Assembly: GCA_963779415.1 (NCBI GenBank)
Contig: CAVZYA010000001.1
Span: forward strand, 512,001 to 576,000
Length of the DNA stretch: 64,000 nucleotides
Direction of reading: 5' to 3'
Origin: an uncultured Acidobacteriota bacterium
Lineage (GTDB): Bacteria; Acidobacteriota; Thermoanaerobaculia; UBA5066
In this document: positions 10,637-19,417 of the stretch, in pieces
Layout of the letters: each line of letters starts with the position of its first letter
Numbering within the stretch: the first letter of the stretch is position 1
Made by a program: the position numbers and the translations under genes
The notes under the pieces: generated by a model
The model's database searches: none
Told to the model about the DNA's origin: nothing
Seen by the model: the letters and a program-made list of their open reading frames with translations, nothing else

Positions 10637-11863
10637 ATGGCGGAGGAAAAGCTACCCAACCGATGGATCATGGTCGTCGCGGCGCTGGTGATGCAGATAT
10701 GCCTCGGCATCCTGTACGCCTACAGCGTCGTCCGGGGGCCCCTGACGAAGGAGCTCGGCTATACCGTCAAGGAAACCGGATACCCACTCATGGCCTCGTT
10801 CTTCTTCTTCGCGGTCGGCATGATCGTGGCCGGCCGCTGGCAGGACAAGGCCGGGCCTCGAACGGTCGGGCTCTTCGGCGGCGTGCTCCTCGCGATCGGG
10901 GCTGCGGTTGCCGGTGCGATGTACAAGGACCTGACCATGCTGGTCATCGGCTACGGGGTCCTCGGTGGCCTCGGCGTCGGGTTCGCCTACGTCACACCGA
11001 TCGCAACGTGCATCAAGTGGTTCCCTGACAAGAGAGGCACGATCACCGGCCTCGCGGTCTTCGGGTTCGGCGCGGGGACTCTCGTATTCGGGCCGCTGCT
11101 CTCCAGCCTCATCGCCAGCAGCGGCATCGCCACCACCTTCTACACCGTGGCCGTCATCATGCTCGTCTTCGTCTGTGGCTCCGCGGCCGTCTTCAAGGTC
11201 CCGCCCGCGGGCTACAAGCCCGCCGGATGGAACCCGCCGGCGCCCGCGCCGGGCGCACAGGTGATCAAGACGAACTACCTGCCGAGCGAGATCATCAAGA
11301 CCGGCTCGTTCTGGATCCTCTGGTTCACCTACTTCATCGGCGCGTCGGCCGGCCTGATGATCATCGGGCAGGCGGTTCCCATCGGCGTCCAGGTGGCCAA
11401 GCTCACCGCGGCGGTGGCCGCCGGCGGCCTCGGCGTCATGGCCCTCCTGAACGGCCTCGGGCGGCTCTTCTGGGGGAGCGTCTCCGACAAGCTGGGCCGG
11501 ACGAAGACCGTCATCGTCATGTTCGTCGTCTACATCCTGGCCTTCGTCTTCGTCCTCCCGAACAGCAATACGTTCATGCTCTGGCTCGTGGGCATCTGCG
11601 CGGTCGGCTTCGCTTACGGCGGATACCTCGCTCTGATGCCTTCGCTCACGGCCGACTACTTCGGCACGAAGTCGCTCGGGGCGAACTACGGCTACCTCTT
11701 CACCGCGTGGGGCGTGGCCGGCGTGGGTGGCCCCTTCATGATCGACTGGATCAAGACGGCGACAGGCGCCTTCACGAACGCGATGTACGTCACGGCGGCC
11801 GCCTGCGTCGTCGGAATTATTCTCGCTGCGATCGCGAAGCCCCCGAAACCGGAGGCCGCATAG
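10637..11863 (+). CDS. MFS transporter, oxalate/formate antiporter (OFA) family
   Basis: LGILYAYS, AGRWQDKAGPR, KWFPDKRGTITGL, SDKLGR, DYFGTKSLGANYG; about 12 TM helices; strong RBS. Confidence 0.9.
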   Translation: MAEEKLPNRWIMVVAALVMQICLGILYAYSVVRGPLTKELGYTVKETGYPLMASFFFFAVGMIVAGRWQDKAGPRTVGLFGGVLLAIGAAVAGAMYKDLTMLVIGYGVLGGLGVGFAYVTPIATCIKWFPDKRGTITGLAVFGFGAGTLVFGPLLSSLIASSGIATTFYTVAVIMLVFVCGSAAVFKVPPAGYKPAGWNPPAPAPGAQVIKTNYLPSEIIKTGSFWILWFTYFIGASAGLMIIGQAVPIGVQVAKLTAAVAAGGLGVMALLNGLGRLFWGSVSDKLGRTKTVIVMFVVYILAFVFVLPNSNTFMLWLVGICAVGFAYGGYLALMPSLTADYFGTKSLGANYGYLFTAWGVAGVGGPFMIDWIKTATGAFTNAMYVTAAACVVGIILAAIAKPPKPEAA

Positions 11864-11896
11864 ACTTAGGAGAGAAACTCTCGTAAGTGATAAGCC

Positions 11897-11929
11897 CGCG
11901 GGGCCGGGAGTTCCGGGCCCGGCCTCGTG
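11897..11929 (+). terminator. GC-rich stem-loop after the MFS gene (terminator or RNA-stabilising hairpin)
   Basis: CGCGGGGCCGGG / CCCGGCCTCGTG stem; no U-tract. Confidence 0.4.
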
Positions 11930-11943
11930 GGTCATCTCTCGCA

Positions 11944-11959
11944 AGGCACCGGATTCGCT
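11944..11959 (+). promoter_or_regulatory. Possible sigma54 (-24/-12) promoter for the CoA-transferase operon
   Basis: AGGCAC-CGGAT-TCGCT keeps the GG-N10-GC spacing, about 40 nt upstream of ATG 12000; two mismatches to consensus. Confidence 0.35.
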
Positions 11960-11999
11960 CCGTCAGACTTAATAACGTGCCTTCATGGAGGTCCAAAAC

Positions 12000-13484
12000 A
12001 TGGCGGAAAAAAGAAATGTCGAGATCAAGAGCCGACAGGACACGCTGGCTCTGATCACTCCAGAAATCAGGCCCTGGCCTGTCTCACCACCCCCTTCGCC
12101 GGAGGAAGTGAAGAAGTCCTACGCCAAGCGGAAAGCCGAGGTGTTCGGCCAGTGGCTCGAAGACAACATGCGTCTCGAGTATTCCTGGCAGAAACCCGAG
12201 GCCCTGCAGGGCCTGAAGGTCCTCGACATCGGGCTCTGGAGGCTGGGGCACAAGTTCGGCGCCTCCACGCTCGCGCAGGCCGGTGCCGAGGTGATCTGTA
12301 TCGAGCCCCCCACGGGCGACCCGCTCAGACAGCTGACCCCCTTCGGGCGGGAAGAGTACATGCTCGCCGACAAGGAAACCGGCGAGAAGTGCGGCCTCGG
12401 GTTCATCGACATACACCGGAACACGCACTCGGTCACCCTCAACGTCGAGACTCCGGAGGGGCAGGAGCTGTTCAAGAAGCTCGCGGTCCACGCCGACATC
12501 GTCCTTGACGGGATGCTCCCCGGCTACATGGACAACCTCGGGATCGGGTACCGGGACCTCTCCCAGATCAACTCCCGCCTCATCTACGTGAACGTCATGC
12601 TCCGGGGATCCTGGGGCCCGGCAAAAGACCGCGTCTCCAAGTTCGGCCAGTGGGAACTGGATCCCTTCGCGCAGGCGACCAATTCGTACATTCACAACAC
12701 CGGCTTCGCTCAGGACGCGCTGCCGCGCGGCAAAGGGGGCGACCCGACCCGGGCCGGGTCGTGGCTCGCCGACTATGTCGCCGGCGAGCAGGCGGCCGTC
12801 AACGCCCTCGCGGCGATCTACTGGCGGGAAGAGGTCAGCAATGAGGGGCAGTTCATCGAGGTGACCGGCGCCGAGACCCTGATGGACATCCTCGACTTCG
12901 ACATCTCCTGGTACGGCTTCAACGGCAGCATCAAGGCGCGGACAGGGGGATGGGACCCCAACCTGAACCAGTATGCGTGGAACCCGTGCCGGGACGGCTA
13001 CATGATGATCGGCGGCCAGAGCGACCGGCTCTGGTACCGGATCGGCATGTGCATCGAGCGGGACTTCCCGCAGTTCGGCCGGCTCATCCACGAAGACCCC
13101 TTCCTGAAGGAAGTCGGCGCGCGGAACGCCCTCCACGCCCTCATCAAGACCTACACCGTCACGACGCGCTGGCTCCGGGAGACCAATCGGATCGAGGCCG
13201 AAGAGAAGCTGATGGACTACGAGATCGCGGCCGGCCCGCTCCTCTTCATCGACGAGACCTGCGAGTTCCCCCACTTCAAGTACCGGCCCTGGGTCTACAA
13301 CTGCGAGACGGACTACGGGACCGTCCTCTACTCGACGGTCAATAACGCCTATCAGATGAGGACGCCGCACCGGGTCAAGTGGCTCGGGAGACGGCTCGGC
13401 AAGGACAACTACGACGTCTACCAGCGCTGGGCCGGACTGGGCCCGAACAAGGTGGACCAGCTCAAGGGAAAGGGGGCGATCTAA
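12000..13484 (+). CDS. Class III (CaiB/BaiF) CoA-transferase, subunit 1
   Basis: [55 protein letters not shown], putative catalytic Asp in WLADYVAG; GGAGG before ATG 12000. Confidence 0.85.
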   Translation: MAEKRNVEIKSRQDTLALITPEIRPWPVSPPPSPEEVKKSYAKRKAEVFGQWLEDNMRLEYSWQKPEALQGLKVLDIGLWRLGHKFGASTLAQAGAEVICIEPPTGDPLRQLTPFGREEYMLADKETGEKCGLGFIDIHRNTHSVTLNVETPEGQELFKKLAVHADIVLDGMLPGYMDNLGIGYRDLSQINSRLIYVNVMLRGSWGPAKDRVSKFGQWELDPFAQATNSYIHNTGFAQDALPRGKGGDPTRAGSWLADYVAGEQAAVNALAAIYWREEVSNEGQFIEVTGAETLMDILDFDISWYGFNGSIKARTGGWDPNLNQYAWNPCRDGYMMIGGQSDRLWYRIGMCIERDFPQFGRLIHEDPFLKEVGARNALHALIKTYTVTTRWLRETNRIEAEEKLMDYEIAAGPLLFIDETCEFPHFKYRPWVYNCETDYGTVLYSTVNNAYQMRTPHRVKWLGRRLGKDNYDVYQRWAGLGPNKVDQLKGKGAI

Positions 13485-14872
13485 TGGCCGGCGAGATCAG
13501 ACCCAAGAGTGCGGGCGAGCTGCATGAGATGCGGGCGCCCTACGAGGAGTTCTGCCGGAAGGCCTTCGATCCCGGCAACGAGCACTCGAAGCCCGAGTCG
13601 CTGAAGGGGATCCGGTGGCTCTCCTGCACGATGTACATCTTCACGCCCCACTCGGCCGCGAACCTGGCCGAGCTGGGCGCCGAGGTGATCAAGATCGAGA
13701 TCCCCCGGATGGGCGACGCCATGCGGCACACCTCGCCCTTCAACGAGGCGTACCTCTATCCCCTCCACGACACCCGGCCGGGGACGGGAACCGGGTTCGG
13801 GTTCACGAACGCCAACCCGAACAAGCACTTCATCTCCCTCGACTATCACGTACCGGAGATGCGGGAAGTTTTCTACAACATGGTCCGGCAGAGCGACGGG
13901 CTGACCGAGCTCTACCGTCCCGGGACCTTTGACCGCTGGAAGATGAGCTACCCGACCCTCGCGCAGATCAACCCGCGGTTCATCTACGTCTGGGGCGGCG
14001 GGTTCGGCTACGGGCCGAAGGTCTTCGGGGGCTCCTATGACATCCTCGCGCAGTCCCACGCCGGGTTCGCGTCCATCACCGGAATGCACGACTTCATGGG
14101 CGGCCACTGCTCCAAGTCATCCAACTGGGTCATGGACTGGGCCTCCGGCACCCTGATCACGTTCGGGATCCTCGCCTCCATTCTCTGGCGCCGGAAGACC
14201 GGCCTCGGCACCATGATCGAGTTCTCGCAGGTGCAGACCTCCACGATGTTCACCGAGTATGCCGTTCCTCTTTACGGCCGGTTCGGCATCGTCCGGCAGC
14301 GGTGGGGAAACTGGGACACCCAGCTCTGCGCCCACGGGATCATCCTTTGCGGCAAATCCGACTTCCCCGATGCCCAAAACCCGCAGGACAAGTTTGACGC
14401 CCGGTACGTCATGGTCTCCGCCTTCCAGGATGCGGACTTCAAGGAACTCTGCAACGTCGTCGGCCGGAAAGACATCTACGATAAATACAAAACGCACAAG
14501 GACCGGCTCGACCCCCGGGCCCAGGTCGACATCTACCAGGCGCTCGAGAAATGGGCCGGAGACAAGACCCGGGCGGCGGTGGTCAAGGTCCTGACCGACG
14601 CCGGCATCCTCGCCTCCCCCGTCATGAACGACCGGGAAGTCTACGAGTACGAGCACTACCGCGAGCGGGGCACCGTCCGCTGGATCGACGACCCCCTCTT
14701 CGGCGACTTCCTCCTGCAGGCCGGCTACAGCGCCGGCCACCTGGCCAAGACCCCGAGAAGGACGAACTGGATCTGGCGGCCCGTTGGCGCCGACAATGTC
14801 AAGATCTACCGGGATCTGCTCGGCTATCCACTGAGCAAGATCGAGGAGTGGTATGGCAAGGCCTACATCTAA
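13484..14872 (+). CDS. Class III (CaiB/BaiF) CoA-transferase, subunit 2
   Basis: [40 protein letters not shown], Asp in VMDWASG; ATG overlaps the upstream stop (TAATG). Confidence 0.87.
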   Translation: MAGEIRPKSAGELHEMRAPYEEFCRKAFDPGNEHSKPESLKGIRWLSCTMYIFTPHSAANLAELGAEVIKIEIPRMGDAMRHTSPFNEAYLYPLHDTRPGTGTGFGFTNANPNKHFISLDYHVPEMREVFYNMVRQSDGLTELYRPGTFDRWKMSYPTLAQINPRFIYVWGGGFGYGPKVFGGSYDILAQSHAGFASITGMHDFMGGHCSKSSNWVMDWASGTLITFGILASILWRRKTGLGTMIEFSQVQTSTMFTEYAVPLYGRFGIVRQRWGNWDTQLCAHGIILCGKSDFPDAQNPQDKFDARYVMVSAFQDADFKELCNVVGRKDIYDKYKTHKDRLDPRAQVDIYQALEKWAGDKTRAAVVKVLTDAGILASPVMNDREVYEYEHYRERGTVRWIDDPLFGDFLLQAGYSAGHLAKTPRRTNWIWRPVGADNVKIYRDLLGYPLSKIEEWYGKAYI

Positions 14873-14886
14873 AAGGAGGCAGCGCC

Positions 14887-15372
14887 GTGTGTGACATCAT
14901 CTGGTGCAAGAAGCAGGTTTCCGGCAAGACGTGCAACACCGTCAATTACCTGGACCCGTACAACTTCTGGAACTGGGAAGGCAAGGTGAACTGCGCCGAG
15001 TGCGGGACCGTCTACGCCATCCACATGATCCAGGGCTTCATGTACAAGGGGCCAACGGAGAAACCCGGAGAGAAGCCCGACATGAGTCCCCTCTACGCCG
15101 ACAAGCCGCTGGAGGGCTACCGGTGTTACCTTCCCGGGATCGAGGGCAGGACGAGGCCTTGGCAGTGCCTCCCCCGACATATCTACCTCGGCCACGCGGA
15201 CACGGTGAAGTGGAGCCTCCGCGGAAGACCCGTGCGTGGCTGGCGTCCTCAGCCGAAGTCTGCAGGCATCGCTGGAAGCTTCGGCCACAAGTGGGATATC
15301 GAGAAACTCTCACCGGAGATCTGGGCCGAATACCAGGAGAAGCTGAAGAGCGGGAAGCTGAAGGACTGGTGA
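14887..15372 (+). CDS. Hypothetical Cys/Trp-rich protein with N-terminal Zn-ribbon-like motif
   Basis: AAGGAGG RBS plus GTG; MCDIIWC-x8-C...CAECG; codon usage like the neighbouring genes. Confidence 0.72.
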   Translation: MCDIIWCKKQVSGKTCNTVNYLDPYNFWNWEGKVNCAECGTVYAIHMIQGFMYKGPTEKPGEKPDMSPLYADKPLEGYRCYLPGIEGRTRPWQCLPRHIYLGHADTVKWSLRGRPVRGWRPQPKSAGIAGSFGHKWDIEKLSPEIWAEYQEKLKSGKLKDW

Positions 15373-15394
15373 GACATTCAGAAAGGAGCGCCAC

Positions 15395-15655
15395 ATGGCC
15401 GAGGGAAAACAGTTAACGCCTGAAGAATTCCTGGCTACGGTTCTCGTGCCGCAGTATGGCCGGGAAAGCGGGCACATGTGCTGGGATTGCAAGCACTTCA
15501 AACCGGTTCTGAAGGGCTCCAAGTTCCCGCCCACCGACACGATCGGCTGGTGCACGCAGATCCACTGGCCCTTCTACTGGTGCGTGACGGACTTCAACGT
15601 CGTCAAGAAGTGCTACGCCTTCGAGAAGGGCATTTACACCTTCAAGAAGTTCTGA
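15395..15655 (+). CDS. Small putative Fe-S protein (BssB/BssC-like Cys spacing)
   Basis: AAGGAG RBS; CWDCKHF...GWC...KKCYAFEKG. Confidence 0.65.
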   Translation: MAEGKQLTPEEFLATVLVPQYGRESGHMCWDCKHFKPVLKGSKFPPTDTIGWCTQIHWPFYWCVTDFNVVKKCYAFEKGIYTFKKF

Positions 15656-15656
15656 C

Positions 15657-15950
15657 ATGGAGGAGAACGTCCGGAAGGAGCTGGATACGCTCACGGGGAT
15701 GGTGCTGACCTGGAAGAAGGACTATCTCGGGTCGGTATCATCCGATGAGGACTGCGAGTACCTCGCTCGGGAATTCCTGGACGAGGTGGAGACCCACGTC
15801 TACCCCTACGTGAGGAGGCTCATGGAATGCAATTTCCTCACGGGACCGGAGGCGACGGAGTTTCTCGACTCCTGCTATCGCCAGGCAGAGGAGCTGAACA
15901 AAGCCATCCAGCAGCCGGACGCCAAACAGGGTGAAACGATAGGAGGGTAA
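15657..15950 (+). CDS. Hypothetical small helical protein
   Basis: ATG 1 nt after the upstream stop; 97 aa acidic amphipathic sequence. Confidence 0.65.
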   Translation: MEENVRKELDTLTGMVLTWKKDYLGSVSSDEDCEYLAREFLDEVETHVYPYVRRLMECNFLTGPEATEFLDSCYRQAEELNKAIQQPDAKQGETIGG

Positions 15951-15952
15951 AC

Positions 15953-16372
15953 ATGGCTGAGAAATGCCGAGTGGGGGTCTGCGGGTACGACCCCGTTCTG
16001 GTGAAGGGATACGTCAAGACAGGCGAGCGAGCCCTCTGGTGGCACCTGTCGGACGAGGTGTACGAACAATACCAGGTGAAGCCGGGTGACACCGTCACCG
16101 GGAAGATCCTGGCGGTTTACGACGGGACCGGCACGAAGACGGCCTCCCCGAACGAGCCCTTCGAGTGGAAGTGCCCGAAGGAGTCGGGCCTGGCGGTCCT
16201 CCTGCCGCCTGCGACCATCGTCAAGTTCAAGCTCTCCGCTTTCCATTTCCTCGAGCTGCTCGTGGAGAAGGTCGGCGGAAAGGACGTCTATCCCGGCAAG
16301 GAGCAGATGAGCTTGAAATGGTGGCCCGAAGAGAGGATGAAGCTCGACTACAAGGTGCCTTACATCGAGTAG
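15953..16372 (+). CDS. Hypothetical protein, possibly a tandem swapped-hairpin (AbrB-like) barrel
   Basis: AGGAGG RBS; two similar segments WHLSDEVYEQYQVKPGDTV and LLPPATIVKFKLSAFHFL; fold call is inference. Confidence 0.65.
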   Translation: MAEKCRVGVCGYDPVLVKGYVKTGERALWWHLSDEVYEQYQVKPGDTVTGKILAVYDGTGTKTASPNEPFEWKCPKESGLAVLLPPATIVKFKLSAFHFLELLVEKVGGKDVYPGKEQMSLKWWPEERMKLDYKVPYIE

Positions 16373-16466
16373 AACACAGGACGCTCTCTCCCCCGCTCCC
16401 TTGAAGCGCCGGTTCCGTTCGGACCGGCGGGCAAGGACCGGGCGGGGCGAAATCAGTCGCTCACGG

Positions 16467-16512
16467 CCCCCTCTCCTGGCCCTGAAGCACCAGGAGAGGG
16501 GGATTCTTTTTC
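16467..16512 (+). terminator. Rho-independent terminator closing the CoA-transferase operon
   Basis: Perfect 13-bp stem CCCCCTCTCCTGG / CCAGGAGAGGGGG followed by ATTCTTTTTT. Confidence 0.8.
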
Positions 16513-16566
16513 ATGTATCCTCGGCGATGGAACGGTGACATTCGATCGGAAGGGAGAATCGCGTAC

Positions 16567-16809
16567 ATGACAGAACACGACAAGCCGAATGAAGAGGGCT
16601 ACACGGCTCCGGCGTACGTCGACCCGGCGATGGGCGACAGCCCCCCCGTCGGAGGCCTGATTGACAACGAGGCCGTCTGCCGGGACTGCATGACCGCCGC
16701 CGAGGAAGTCAGCATGCGGCGCGGGTTTGTCGACCCCGTCTCCGAGCAGCAGGCCAAGGCGAAGGGGACCGTCTGCGCCCGGTGCGGCAAGAAACTCGTC
16801 GCCGCGTAG
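16567..16809 (+). CDS. Small Zn-finger protein (CxxC...CxxC)
   Basis: GGGAG RBS; VCRDC...VCARCGKKL. Confidence 0.68.
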   Translation: MTEHDKPNEEGYTAPAYVDPAMGDSPPVGGLIDNEAVCRDCMTAAEEVSMRRGFVDPVSEQQAKAKGTVCARCGKKLVAA

Positions 16810-16852
16810 CGCCCCCTTCAATCCAGCCGGACGGGGCGGGCGGAATCACCTC

Positions 16853-17266
16853 ATGGCAGAGCCGGAAAAGGCCCCACGACGAGAGGTCGTCGAGCAGCTC
16901 CTGCCGCTCGTGGTGGAGTTGATTCCAGGGCAGGCGGCTGAAGGCCTGATCGAAGTGCTCGAGCCGGGCAGCTACGAGGCCCATTCCCTCCGGACGCTTT
17001 GCGAGAATCTCCTCAGGAGAACGAACTGGAGCGTGGAGGAGCAGCAGGTCCTGGAGGACATCAGGAGACAGCTCGACGGGGGCCGGCTCCTCTGCCGGGG
17101 CCGACCCGTCGACGGCCGGGCTCTGGATCTCGCGGTGGTCGAGGAAACCGAAGCAGGCGAGAAGTATCTCTATGTGCCTGTCCACGCCATCAGGCCGCAG
17201 GAAGGCGGAGGCGCGGCACCCCGGATCGCGCACCAAAGTTCAGCAGACGAGAGCAGGAGCCTATGA
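16853..17266 (+). CDS. Putative ubiquitin-like (beta-grasp) protein with di-Gly motif and C-terminal extension
   Basis: RLLCRGRPVD resembles ubiquitin RLIFAGKQLE; final strand YLYVPVHAI then RPQEGG and an 18-aa tail; E1, E2-like and JAB genes adjacent. Confidence 0.6.
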   Translation: MAEPEKAPRREVVEQLLPLVVELIPGQAAEGLIEVLEPGSYEAHSLRTLCENLLRRTNWSVEEQQVLEDIRRQLDGGRLLCRGRPVDGRALDLAVVEETEAGEKYLYVPVHAIRPQEGGGAAPRIAHQSSADESRSL

Positions 17267-17469
17267 GTTCCAGGTTCGTAGTCACGGAGAGCACCACGGT
17301 GGACGATGTTGCCGCGGCGGGCCGGCCCGACCCCCTCTACTGCAAACTCGGCCTGGGCCAGCAGGCCCGCGTCCTCGCGGACGAGATCGATGCCGCGCTT
17401 GGTGGGGATACGAGCTGCGGGGGCGCCGGACTCGGATATGTTCCGGACATCGTAGAGGTTGAAGAATAG
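17263..17469 (+). CDS. Small hypothetical protein (68 aa) with DTSCGG and acidic tail
   Basis: AGGAG RBS; ATG overlaps the upstream stop (ATGA); MSSRFVVTE...VPDIVEVEE. Confidence 0.55.
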   Translation: MSSRFVVTESTTVDDVAAAGRPDPLYCKLGLGQQARVLADEIDAALGGDTSCGGAGLGYVPDIVEVEE

Positions 17470-17482
17470 CCTGGAGAATCGC

Positions 17483-17677
17483 GTGGAGATAGAGGCTCCC
17501 AAGGACTGGGACCCGAAGTGCCCAAAGTGCCAGGAAGAGCTTCGACGAATGCTCGAGCTGTCACAGTCGGTCTACGAGGACCTCGACCACGGCGCGGGGT
17601 TGTACCGGTTGCCGTTGCCACCTTGCACGCACCATGCGGCGCAGGGCGAGCACAAAGACGCAGGAGGGGTCGCTTGA
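17483..17677 (+). CDS. Small putative Zn-binding protein
   Basis: GGAG plus GTG; KCPKC...PPCTHH. Confidence 0.5.
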   Translation: MEIEAPKDWDPKCPKCQEELRRMLELSQSVYEDLDHGAGLYRLPLPPCTHHAAQGEHKDAGGVA

Positions 17678-17717
17678 CAGACCCACTTGTGGCTTTCCGG
17701 CCGTCGGGCGCCCCGGC

Positions 17718-18929
17718 ATGATGGATCTGCTGGAGTCCGACCTGGAGCTCGTCGTCCGGTCAGGATTCATCTACCTGCCGCTCCTCTTTGATCCTTCGGT
17801 GGCGACGGAGATCGAGGGGAACGTGGGCAATCACCTGGTCGCCCGGGACGCCGGCAGGCATTTCGTTCGGACGATGAGCCTGCGATCGCTCGTTTCAAGC
17901 TACGAGGCTCTCTGGCCGAAGTCGTACGAGAAGTTGCGGCGGTCGAAGCTGTGCCGGTTCTCCGGGGACCTTTCGCCGGCCGAAACGGGCGCCAGCGAGC
18001 GGCTGAAGGAGATCCTCTTCTCCGTCATGCCGCACTTCGTCAGGAGGGGGAAGCGGCTCGACAGGAGGCGGCTGACCGAGGAGGACGTGCTGGACCTCAT
18101 CGAGGAGAGAACCGGACTTCCCGGCGGATACGCCATGGCTGCAGCCAGCGCTCGGGATCCGGGCTCCATCCGGCAGATCCTCGTGGAACTCGAGGAACGC
18201 CGCCCGGCGGCCGAGCCGCTGCCCGAGGGCCGAATGTCTGCGCGGACCCTCGCGGATTGGCTTCTGCGCGCCCAGGAAGCCCGGATTCTGGAAGAGGAGA
18301 GCCAGCGACTGACGGGGTTTCTCTCCGCGCAGGAGGGCCTCGATACGAGGGCGGCCAGGCGGCTGGCGATTTTGCGGTGCGTCGCGGAGAAGGGGACGTT
18401 GGAAATCGACGGATTCGGCTTTCTGAGGACAGGACCCGGCGACGACTACGTGATCTACAAGCGCACCGGCGAGTTCGCTCTCAAGGACTACTACGGTCGG
18501 CTCTATCTGTTTCCGGATTGCCGGGTTGCCGTGTCGACGGCCGCTGGCCTCAGGCCCTTCGTCGTGGAGACCTACAAGCATCCGTTTCTCGAGGCCCACG
18601 ACTCCGGCCAGGAGATCTGCCTGGGCCGCACCACGGCGCGCCGCTTCTCCGGAGCGGCGGCGATCGTCGAGGCTCTGCAGGAGGGAATCAACGCCCTGCT
18701 CCATGGCTACAGCAGCCGGCGCCGAAACGGGTACCACAGACTGGAGGGACTGTTGAGGTCGGTCCGGCTCCCTGGCCCGGACGATCCCGGCTACCCGGAA
18801 CCGCCGGACGACAGGCCCCGCTCCAAGCGGCACATCCTGGACGTCGACTTCGACGACTACCGCATCCCGGCCGATCACCCCGGGATCGTGTCGGGTCGGG
18901 TCGAGATCACCAACGACGTCGTGCCGTGA
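17718..18929 (+). CDS. Putative prokaryotic E2/UBC-like conjugating protein with long helical N-terminus
   Basis: YKHPFLEAHDSGQEICLG resembles UBC HPN-x(n)-GxICL with a Cys, preceded by beta-strands and followed by a helix; start uncertain. Confidence 0.55.
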   Translation: MMDLLESDLELVVRSGFIYLPLLFDPSVATEIEGNVGNHLVARDAGRHFVRTMSLRSLVSSYEALWPKSYEKLRRSKLCRFSGDLSPAETGASERLKEILFSVMPHFVRRGKRLDRRRLTEEDVLDLIEERTGLPGGYAMAAASARDPGSIRQILVELEERRPAAEPLPEGRMSARTLADWLLRAQEARILEEESQRLTGFLSAQEGLDTRAARRLAILRCVAEKGTLEIDGFGFLRTGPGDDYVIYKRTGEFALKDYYGRLYLFPDCRVAVSTAAGLRPFVVETYKHPFLEAHDSGQEICLGRTTARRFSGAAAIVEALQEGINALLHGYSSRRRNGYHRLEGLLRSVRLPGPDDPGYPEPPDDRPRSKRHILDVDFDDYRIPADHPGIVSGRVEITNDVVP

Positions 18930-19402
18930 TGACGACGGACGACACCCTCTCGCGGGACGAGCCGCCCCGGGCGACGCCGGATCTGTTGCGGGACATAAGA
19001 ACCATGCGCGCCGGCAGGCGGCGGAAGGAGCCCTTTCGGACGAGCCTCTACTCCCGGGTCGGGGGTCTGGTGAGGCGATATGGCCTGGACGAGGCGTTCC
19101 TCCGGGCGCTCGACTCCCCGGGCGGCTTCTCCCGGGACGGCCGTCCGGATGCCGTCCGGCCGAAGGGGAAAGCGCCCTATGCTCCTCCCCTCTTTTTCCT
19201 TTCCACGGAGAGAGAGCACCGCGTGACGACGGTCATCCTGGAGAAAGTGAAGAGCCCGTTCCTCGCGTACGCCACGTCGCCCGACGAGATTCTCCTCTGC
19301 GAACGCCTGTTCCGTGAGGACCCGTCCCTTTCTCAGGAAACGCTCGCGTGCCATCATTTCGAGACGTTGATGCCGGCCGGAGCGGATTCCGGGCCGGGCT
19401 GA
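18929..19402 (+). CDS. Hypothetical protein within the Ubl cluster
   Basis: ATG overlaps the upstream stop (TGATG); fills the gap to the ATPase gene. Confidence 0.6.
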   Translation: MTTDDTLSRDEPPRATPDLLRDIRTMRAGRRRKEPFRTSLYSRVGGLVRRYGLDEAFLRALDSPGGFSRDGRPDAVRPKGKAPYAPPLFFLSTEREHRVTTVILEKVKSPFLAYATSPDEILLCERLFREDPSLSQETLACHHFETLMPAGADSGPG

Positions 19403-19417
19403 GGCGGGAGGAGAGTC

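Noticed and set aside
10637-14872. Canonical oxalate (oxlT-frc-oxc), phthalate or toluene (bss/bbs) pathway
   Set aside because: No TPP-dependent Oxc, UbiD/UbiX or glycyl-radical enzyme in the window, so the substrate cannot be assigned
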